A stretch of DNA of 9,344 bases, from NCBI GenBank assembly GCA_001179505.1, contig CDMY01000943.1:1-9344 (forward strand). The letters are read 5' to 3'. Under the pieces are notes generated by a model. That model was given only the letters and a program-made list of their open reading frames with translations, had not been told where the DNA came from and searched no databases. Source of the stretch: Vitrella brassicaformis CCMP3155 (taxonomy: Eukaryota; Protista; Chromerida). Shown here in pieces: positions 1 to 7,061 of the stretch. Position 1 is the stretch's first letter; the number at the start of each line of letters is the position of its first letter. The position numbers and the translations under genes are program-made.

Positions 1-313
1 AGAGGATCTGCTGGGCGGTAAGTCCCAGAGTAAGAGTGCTTTTACTTTAATAAGACCGATGGACTGGCCAGTCAGTCAAAGTTGTTTCTGTCCATGTATG
101 GCATCATGAAGGGTGGTCAACACAGATCTCACTTCGGTGATGGCTGATAAGATCGTGTCTCCTCAGAATGCTTTCCTTGTCTTTCCTTGTCTTCTCCTCT
201 CTCCACCCGTTACACAGCAGTATACCCTAGCTCACAAGCTCGCAGTGGTTCGTCTTGCCAAGCTGGCAATCCTGACAGAAATGTTGATGATGGATAGTGG
301 GGAAGACGGATAG
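1..313 (+). CDS. Possible 3' end of a convergent plus-strand gene (unknown product)
   Basis: Consensus donor GCG|GTAAGT at 18-23 and candidate acceptors (acacag| near 125; a pyrimidine tract then cag| near 217-220). All frames close by 313. No recognisable protein motif. Confidence 0.3.
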
Positions 314-599
314 ATGTATGAATGGATGGTCGGATGAATGGGATCTAACGAAACGCATAGATGGAATTATCCCATCTGGACAGCGAACACCACATCTCAA
401 CCCTCCCGGTTCTTCGAACAAGTGTGCTGGGAGGCCCTCAAAGATATGCAACGACGACTTTCTGGTATTAAAGTCCAGGCTCTTTTTTGTGAACGGAGGC
501 AGCTTCTTCTTTCTACCCTCGAACAAACAGTATATACTCTTTTGGTCAGCTCATAATCCTCAATTCAGGTCATAACTTCACATCCATCACAAAGTTGCC

Positions 600-1256
600 T
601 CAACTGACCTGCGCGGCAATCAAATGCCTCAGAGCTTGGGCCAAACGATGCGAGTCCGAGCGGATGGCGATGCGTAGTTTACCTCTGTACCTTCCCGTGC
701 CCAGCTCAATCCTGAGCAAACACATGAAGTGCAGCGCAACGATGGATAAGCTTATACTCGTACCGGGCGAGCACTATTGACACGCCAAATGCAGGTTTGA
801 CATCCTCAGCTCCACTGTCACGCGATGGAAGGACACCCGAAAGAACCTGAGCAGCATCAGGTTTGTATCAAAATACGTTAACCCATTCCCTGTGCCTCGT
901 ACTAGGTTGTCAGGATTTGCATCAAGCCCTGTGAGAAGCTCCAGTGCTCCTCCCTGAATGGAGTTGATAATTGTCACTGCCGAGGACAAGAAGCAGCTGA
1001 CAAGTTTCTTACTAGCTGAACGTTGCGCGCGAGATGCATCAGGGAGCCCCGAAGCCGATACGCCAAATTAACAATGCATATCGCTGACGGGCACGATTGG
1101 CAGTTGCGATTCGGAAACACACAATTATGATGCATAACATACCTTCGTGCAGAATGAAACTCTCATTTCGCCAAAGGGAAAAGAAATCTCGAGTTGGGAA
1201 CGCGCGCTTCTCCTGAACTTGTTAGAACGTCATGTGGCTCAGTTCGTCATGTGGCA

Positions 1257-1287
<31 letters not shown>

Positions 1288-1930
1288 TCTTCCTCATAGC
1301 GCGTCTTCTTACCATGAATTTCGATACGACGATTGGAAGCTTCAACTGCAGCGTCCGTGGGGTGTTGTCAGGTAGCCTGACAAGACCAACCAAACCATTA
1401 GTCTGTGACGAAGCCTGCCTGTGAAGTTACTGACAGAAACTGGATTTTTATCAGCGGGCAGCCTTCAAATGGACCTCGACATTCCACCGTCACTTCCTGA
1501 CCATGCACGAAATGTACTCGAATCAAATTGTTTGTGCGACCGCTTCCGCACCTGGCACGTTTGCTGCCTTGGAGCAAGTCGGCATTCCACGGATGATGCC
1601 GTAATCACAAGAGGCATGTGTTCCGCATCGTCGCCCCAGTCAGGGGGGGGCTGCACGCTCACGTGAAAGCTCTGAAGGACTCCGCGGGATTTGTTGCCGT
1701 AGTATACGCCCATATGTCCATCCAAACCGGTGTAGCTGGCCTTGATGCCAATCTGCAAGCAGTCAGCCTCCAACTAGGACGAGTGGATATGCAGGGTTGT
1801 ATACCTGCAGTGTGTCGTCTTCAAAGAAGACAGCATCATCCACCAAGACTAAGTGACGGAACCTGTGGGCAAGGATTCCCTTCAATTGCATTTAGTCCAA
1901 AGACATAAGTGTATAGACCTGTCATGGTTG
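600..1930 (-). CDS. AP-2 alpha-adaptin appendage (ear): Ig-like sandwich (about 1313-1930) plus platform subdomain (600-1212)
   Basis: RFRHLVLVDDAVFFEDDTLQIGIKASYTGLDGHMGVYYGNKS...QEVTVECRGPFEGCPLIKIQF...LKLPIVVSKFM...RDFFSLW...LLTGLDANPDNLVLSGVL...LARIEL...KLRIAIRSDSHRLAQALRHLIAAQVS*. This is collinear with the canonical alpha-ear motifs as I recall them (LFENQLLQIGLKSEF, FYGNK, VNIEC..F...P.L.IQF, KLPITLNKFF, DFFQRW, VDPNPENFVGAG, LLRLE, RLTLRT). Confidence 0.9.
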
Positions 1931-4900
1931 GCGAGTGCTTCTGGTGTGTTGTCGTCGGTAAGACCCAACAGAGGTGCGGGAATGTCTCCTTCGCCGATAC
2001 TATGCTGGGCAGAAAACAGCCACCGATTCACCCGCCTACAGCTGCAGCATCTGCATTCATCTAACCTGTAGATGCCATTCTGCAGTGTCACAGTGGATGT
2101 CAACAGCCGGATGATCCGCACTTCCCAAAGACCTATTGCACGCACAACGCAAACACGGCAACCCACGACATCTTTGTCTTCATCCATTCGCCTCCGTGTA
2201 TACGTGAGGCCATTTGGCATCGGCGGCGTCGCTGCTGGAGGCAAAAAGTACTCGACATGTGGATTCGAACCTCCTTCCGCTGCTCTGACAGAGGGCATTG
2301 CCGATGGCCGTGCGCGGTCCACGTTGGTGTTCAGATCGGTGGCAAGACTTCGATGCGGCCTGGACAGGTTGTGGGACAGAGGGGGAAGTCGGCCATCCTT
2401 GAAGCAGCCGACGAGAGACAGGTAACCAAGCAATCGTGCAGTGCAGTCGTTTACTCTCCCACTGGATTGCCGAATAGATGCTTCAATTGACGAAGCTCCT
2501 GCAAAGCAGGTACAATACACCTGAAAGATTGTGATTGCGTCTTTTTCGCACCTGTGTGGCTTCGACGTAGCGTTCAGTGAGCCGCACAGTATCCGACTCC
2601 TGGTTGGCAATCCTCTGCTCGGCAGCTGCAAAAGGTCAAACGGAGAGGTTACCTCTTCGTTTGTGAAACTGAGACGCGAACCATCGAGCTTGTCTGAAAG
2701 CGTAGCCGCCCGGCTGCTCTCCCTCAGCCACATCTCCTTTGCGTGGCTCACAGCATTCTCACGATCCCCAACTATCTGCTCGTAACGTTTCACGTCTTCA
2801 GTCAACGCCTGAATGGGGGTGAAAATCTGAAGACGTACGGATTTTGACGCACGCAGATACCTGTGCTCTGCCTTTCACTTCATCCAACTCCCTTTTCGTA
2901 AGGTTCAGTCCGGTCTCCGATGCATCCAGCCTCTTTTGAAGGGTTTCCACCTCCAGTCGCATCTCGCGCCGCTGGTTGTCCATCTCTAGTTGTACCTCAC
3001 TGCGGACCTCTGACTGTACATCGACCCGCCAAACATAATCCACACATCGTTAAATACCTTATACATACCCTCGACAGCCAGTTGTACCTCGATTTTTGGC
3101 CTCAGTGCTGCCTCTGCGACCTCAAGCTGAGTCTCAAGTGACTGTGGAATGCATCAAAGAGAATCCGATAATCGGTGCGTCAGATAATCCGATAATCGTA
3201 CCTCTATCCTCCTTCTCAGTGCCAGATGGCTGTCCTGCTCCATAACGCCACTTCGTCCTTGGGCTGCTGCTGGCGTGACGCCGAAAAAAGGCGCTGCATC
3301 TTTGCCCCTCGAGGGGCCTCCGTCTCCTTGTGCATCGGGCTCATCTTGTGCGCCGAGAGGGGCTGCCATCTGAGCATTCGACGACTGTGAAGGGAGGGCG
3401 GCTGCATCGTCAGCAAATGAAGCCGTGAAGGGGTCTGAGGCATCAACCTAAGATAGGAAAAGCCCCACTGGCAGTAAAGTCCATCCGCTGTTATTTCAAC
3501 CCCCTTGCCTTGCTCGGTGACTGTTCGAATCCCCATGAAGGTCCAGCGACTGGTGCGGCTGTCGTCTCATCGCCACGAGACAGAAAAGTGTCCATGCCAG
3601 CCGACACCGCGGCAGTACCAATTGGAGGCGTTGTGGTCCTGATTGAGTTCTCTGGCGCGGACGCAGCTGGCTGGAAGAAGTCGAAATCGGCAAACGCATC
3701 GAGCTGGGTCTTTGCTTTCGCGTCAACGGTAGAGCCGGTAGCGTCAGCATTGAATGAGGGGAAAGGTCCACCCGCTATCTCAGTAGAGAGACAGGCATCA
3801 ACACAACAGTCAAGCTTCAGGGCTGGATTCAAGTGAGCCTGTGCTCCCTCCAAGTATACCTGTGCCCTCGTCTGGTGCTAACTCTCTTGCCTCTGCAATC
3901 ATTTCCTTGTTTTTCTCCTCTGATTTGCCGCTATCGGATATCTTTCTCCTATCGGCAGGTGATGTACTTCTTTTCTTTCGGGGGACACTAAAGGAGGAGG
4001 CGGGCGGCGGGGCGACATCGTTCAGAGTGGTACCTGGAGCTGAAGAGCTCGGAAAGACGCTGTCACCCTACGCCGACAGGGAAACAATATGGCACATTTT
4101 CTCTGACACGATTCCGTCTTTGCTGTCTACCCAGCTGTTCTTCGCAGCACTGGGCGACGGGGCCAATACGCCGAAGGTTTCTGGAGTGGCCGGTTTGATC
4201 TCCCCTGCTGTACCATGGGCGCCAGAATGCTGAGGGGATGAGGCAACAGGAGCGGCCTCGAGCCTTGCAGGTGGGGGCGGTGGGGGAGGGGGAGAGGGGA
4301 CAGGAGAAGCCTGCATCTGTCTTTTCGTCCACTGGTCATAGGCCACAATGGCGGACGAGACACTCTCCATCGTCTGAAAGACAACACATTAATTACCTGC
4401 TATCTGTTGCATGTGCCCTGACCTTAGATATTTGTTCGAAGTCCTCCGCGTGACCAGCGTCCAATGCAGAATTCGCATCTTCCTGCAGCCGCTGCTGATC
4501 ACTACAGGCGGTGACCCCATCATGAAGATCATCGATAATGATCGAGTCACGAACAAGGTGCCCACTATTGTGAGTTACCTTCTGAGGGACTGCACTATAT
4601 CGTCGAGCATTGCCTTCATCTCGGGCCCACTCGCGGAGACAAGAGTCTCTTGCACTAGCTCCGCTGACGACATTGCAGCTGGCAGAGCGACAAAAGAGAA
4701 TAGCAGACGACTGATGAAGATCGCGGGTTCCAAAATTCTGTTCCTACCCGACAGTCTTTGCTTCAGCAATTCATCATTGGCTTTCTGATCACCACGAGAG
4801 AGTGAGTCAGCCTGCGCAGATAAACTTGCAAATATGATCTCATGACGTGAAGGGCAGCACGCTGAGGTTGAAACATGTGTCTGCCGCACCTGCCTCTCAT

Positions 4901-5716
4901 GAGGTATAGAAATACCTGAAAAGGGCAGATACCCTCGATATACTTCCGAATTGTCGATGTGCCTTTACCTTCATTAATGAGCGTCTCCCAAGCGGAGCGA
5001 AGGTGTTTGCCTCGTTCAGATGTGCTGGCAGTATTCAGCATGCCCTACATAGCGCATGCGGCAGGTGGTCACATTCATGGTGTTATGCTATGCGTGTCTG
5101 TCTCTTTCAATCGCCCACCCAGTGCTGGATCGCTCTCCCAGCTGCATCGATGCACTGGCTGACCTCACTGTCTTGAGCATTGCTTCCAAAGTAGGACGCC
5201 TTCTTTTTGGCCATACCGCGCTCCTGGAAGTCGCCAAGCATGACAAACAGAAGATGATCTTCAAGTCAAACCAGTACCTCGAACTTACGTTTTTCCGACG
5301 AGCAATTTCAAGAAGACGCTTCAACAGCTTTGACTCAATCAGACACTTCCCACAGTTCTCATCCACGCTCACAAGCGTGTCAATTAGCTGATCAGGACAC
5401 ACATGGCCACACGCGCAGCACTGATTTGCCTGTCCGTGACATCTCACCTCGACAGCGAGAATCTTGGTCTTCGTTGGCTCATTCTTGTCCTTGATAATAA
5501 CATGGAGTTGATTGATGGAAGCCCTCGCAGCATCAGGACCGGCCTGTGCAACAATATTGACCTGCGGCGTCATGCACAGGTAGTACATGTGGCACAGCAT
5601 CATGCACCGGCAGTGTGTATCTCGGTGCAGTTCCCATGACTCACCAAGGACTGAAGTTGTGCATCTAGTGTCTGTCGGCTCTCTAGAGCGGCACGTACTT
5701 GCTGAGCAACCGACAT
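600..5716 (-). CDS. Multi-exon VHS-GAT-coiled-coil-AP-2alpha-ear adaptor, about 1081 aa (Plasmodium KIC4 / Toxoplasma KAE-like, Kelch13-complex type)
   Basis: Manual splice reconstruction, minus strand, 5' to 3': 5716-5645, 5561-5448, 5387-5289, 5223-5119, 5044-4969, 4915-4890, 4811-4748, 4678-4579, 4501-4423, 4373-4131, 4067-3860, 3774-3509, 3447-3202, 3141-3069, 3009-2861, 2808-2682, 2625-2552, 2498-2455, 2359-2204, 2132-2066, 2004-1919, 1862-1805, 1752-1552, 1496-1435, 1376-1313, 1212-1143, 1083-1013, 953-903, 846-764, 711-600. All intron phases are compatible; 28 introns are GT-AG and one is GC-AG; ATG at 5716, TGA at 602-600; 3246 nt. Domain calls come from recognising family motifs by eye, not from a database search. 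A few linker junctions have in-frame alternatives. Orthology to KIC4/KAE is inferred from architecture only. Confidence 0.9.
1261..1286. repeat. (TC)13 microsatellite inside intron 25
   Basis: Directly visible. The same intron has an 11-bp direct repeat CGTCATGTGGC at 1228-1238 and 1245-1255. Confidence 0.95.
2460..3230 (-). CDS. Predicted coiled-coil segment (about 165 aa, end of exon 13 to exon 18)
   Basis: LALRRRIESLETQLEVAEAALR...EMDNQRREMRLEVETLQKRLDASETGLNLTKRELDEVKGRAQALTEDVKRYEQIVGDRENAVSHAKEMWLRESSRAATLSDKLDAAEQRIANQESDTVRLTERYVEATQELRQLKHL: E/K/R/Q-rich, nearly proline-free, with heptad hydrophobic spacing. Confidence 0.75.
3448..3508 (-). other. GC-AG intron (intron 12, 61 nt)
   Basis: Donor AAG|GCAAGG (plus strand 3507-3508) and acceptor cttag|GTT. 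Reading on without splicing hits TAA at 3493-3491, and the only nearby GT donor gives a frame that stops at about 3216. Confidence 0.7.
4330..4811 (-). CDS. GAT-like three-helix domain (exons 7-10 start)
   Basis: ELLKQRLSAAMSSAELVQETLVSASGPEMKAMLDDIVQSLRSDQQRLQEDANSALDAGHAEDFEQISKTMESVSSAIVAYDQW: three amphipathic helices directly after the VHS domain, ending in the GAT-typical '(L)..A(I/L)..Y' helix. Position and pattern fit GAT; the sequence is divergent. Confidence 0.6.
4890..5716 (-). CDS. VHS domain (exons 1-6, about aa 1-164)
   Basis: Spliced peptide MSVAQQVRAALESRQTLDAQLQSLVNIVAQAGPDAARASINQLHVIIKDKNEPTKTKILAVELIDTLVSVDENCGKCLIESKLLKRLLEIARRKN...AGRAIQHWGMLNT...AWETLINEGISIP follows the VHS pattern (GP.. 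helix, 'LLAL.LL.TLV', 'LIQ.W', terminal 'L..EG..FP'). Confidence 0.75.
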
Positions 5717-5842
5717 CTCTCCTCTCAACTGCTCACAACTCCCTTGGTCTCGTGAGCAGTTGAGTTGCTCGCGCGAACTTTCCTTGGTGTGACTTTGCCC
5801 TAACACAGACGCTTTTGCCCTATTTGGCAACGATGTAGAGAC

Positions 5843-6405
5843 CGACAGAGGACTTGGCCGTCAGGCCGCCTAGGGTGCTTCCTGAAAACCGCTGCATTTG
5901 GTCTGACCGCCTAGGGTGTTCCATGAAACGCTGAAGAAGGGCGGATACTTCTGCCAGTGGTTCGTCGCTCTGTCTAAGAGTGTGCTTTCTGCTGATCGTG
6001 TTTCTGCTCCCTTGTGATTGATCAAACGGTACTCCATCAGTGACATATGAACAGTATGGCAACACGCAATAAGTGGCTTGCACGTGCAAGGTGGCTGACT
6101 TATCCCGTTTCAGACAGCAGATGACGAATTGGATATGAACAGCACGTGTTGGATCAGTGAGCGGTCAACGTCGAGCTCTTTTGAGTGCCATGTATATGTC
6201 TGGCTGTCTTCTCGTATATGTGCAGCCGGTGGTGACAGTGATTTTTCTGAGCATCATGGGGTGGCACGTGCATGTCGGGTGGGTGGGTGGGTGGGATGGG
6301 TAGGCATGCCGTGTGCATGACCCTATCTACGTGCATGTTCCTAGGTTAGTAGTGCAGCGGTTTCAGGGAGCACCCTAGGCGGCCTGACGGCCAAGTCCCC
6401 TGTCG
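5843..6405. repeat. Inverted repeat, 54/53-bp arms (5843-5896 and 6353-6405), 456-bp spacer
   Basis: cgacagaggacttggccgtcaggccgcctagggtgcttcctgaaaaccgctgca versus the reverse complement of the right arm, cgacaggggacttggccgtcaggccgcctagggtgctccctgaaaccgctgca: 2 mismatches and 1 indel. Confidence 0.9.
6277..6300 (+). other. G-quadruplex-forming motif (GGGT)4GGGATGGG
   Basis: Six GGG tracts separated by 1-2 nt loops. G4 folding is predicted from the motif only. Confidence 0.7.
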
Positions 6406-6716
6406 ATGGAGCTCCCGCGAACGCGGGTCGACGAACGGCTACGAGGCGGTAGGGGCCCCCTCGTAACGGAAGGCGATCGGAAAAGGACACCTTACAAAAT
6501 TGCCAGCCTGAGGATCGAATATATACTGCATTAATGGCACTAGGATGCGTAGGGTAGCTGCCGTGAAATCGAATCGTGTAAAGGCTTAGGCCGCAGAGGC
6601 GTGCGATCGGTCGATCGGAGTGTGATCGTGCGTGGCCAGTGTACATGAATCGGACTCGCAAAGACTCGGAGGGCGGGGCATTCCCAGGGCCCGTTACCGT
6701 AACTAACTAACCAACC
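6353..6716 (+). mobile_element. Repeat element A (probable SINE or truncated non-LTR retroelement 3' end) ending in an AACT/AACC tail
   Basis: Its last 164 nt (6535-6698) match 6898-7061 at about 94% and are followed by gtaactaactaaccaacc. The 5' boundary is uncertain and no ORF is recognisable. Confidence 0.5.
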
Positions 6717-7061
6717 GGCTCCATGGCCGAGTGGTTCGCCACGGAGTCATGTGAGCCGGTCGTCATGGGTTCGAGCCCTCCATCGGACCCATGGCGCAAG
6801 TTTCGGGGGGGGAGTCTAGACTAGCTACCCTAAGGATTTCACTGGACTGCCTGTCAAACGGATCTCACTGGGCGCGCCGCGAGGACCAGCCGAGGAGTGG
6901 CACTAGGATGCGTAGGGTAGCTGCCGTGAAATCGAATCGTGTAAAAGCTGAGGACACAGAGGCGTGCGATCGGTCGATCGGAGTGTGATCGTGCGTGGCC
7001 AGTGTACATGAATCGGACTCGCAAAGACTTGGGAGGCGGGGCATCCCCAGGGCTCGTAACC
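6535..7061 (+). repeat. 164-bp direct repeat (6535-6698 and 6898-7061), offset 363 bp
   Basis: Manual ungapped alignment gives 10 mismatches in 164 nt. Confidence 0.95.
6717..6791 (+). pseudogene. tRNA-like sequence (degenerate; positions 34-36 read TGT, possibly of tRNA-Thr origin)
   Basis: Starts GGCTCCATGGCCGAGTGGTT and has an intact GGTTCGA. The acceptor, anticodon and T stems carry several mismatches, so it is not a functional tRNA. The origin assignment is weak. Confidence 0.6.

Noticed and set aside
679-720. ELGTGRYR resembling the pseudouridine-synthase 'L.TGR.HQIR' motif
   Set aside because: No HQIR or catalytic HRLD motif; the context aligns with the final strands and helix of the alpha-ear platform.
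600-1930. Calling the gene the AP-2 alpha subunit
   Set aside because: The ear matches, but the N-terminus is VHS/GAT-like with no roughly 600-aa HEAT-repeat trunk.
1882-2805. 307-aa minus-strand ORF as a stand-alone gene
   Set aside because: It is a chance read-through in which exons 16, 19 and 21 share a frame. The intervening Cys-rich stretches are introns or out-of-frame exons bounded by good GT-AG sites.
5163-5168. Apparent donor A|GTGAGG in exon 4
   Set aside because: Using it leads to a stop in the next exon. Reading on to the donor at 5118 keeps the frame and supplies the VHS 'AIQHW' helix.
3510-5639. Plus-strand ORFs (3510-3836, 3841-4233, 4411-4788, 5056-5391 and others)
   Set aside because: Antisense shadows of the minus-strand exons, with no recognisable motifs or consistent plus-strand splice pattern.
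600-5716. Calling the gene a GGA or TOM1
   Set aside because: The C-terminus is an alpha-type ear with a platform subdomain, not a gamma-ear, and TOM1 has no ear.
6717-6791. Functional tRNA gene
   Set aside because: Acceptor, anticodon and T stems are mismatched, U33 is missing, and there is no oligo-T terminator after it.
6926-6954. Hammerhead ribozyme (GAAA and CTGAGGA) or Penelope-type pLTR
   Set aside because: The required stems cannot be built, and CTGAGGA is absent from the equivalent position of the other repeat copy.
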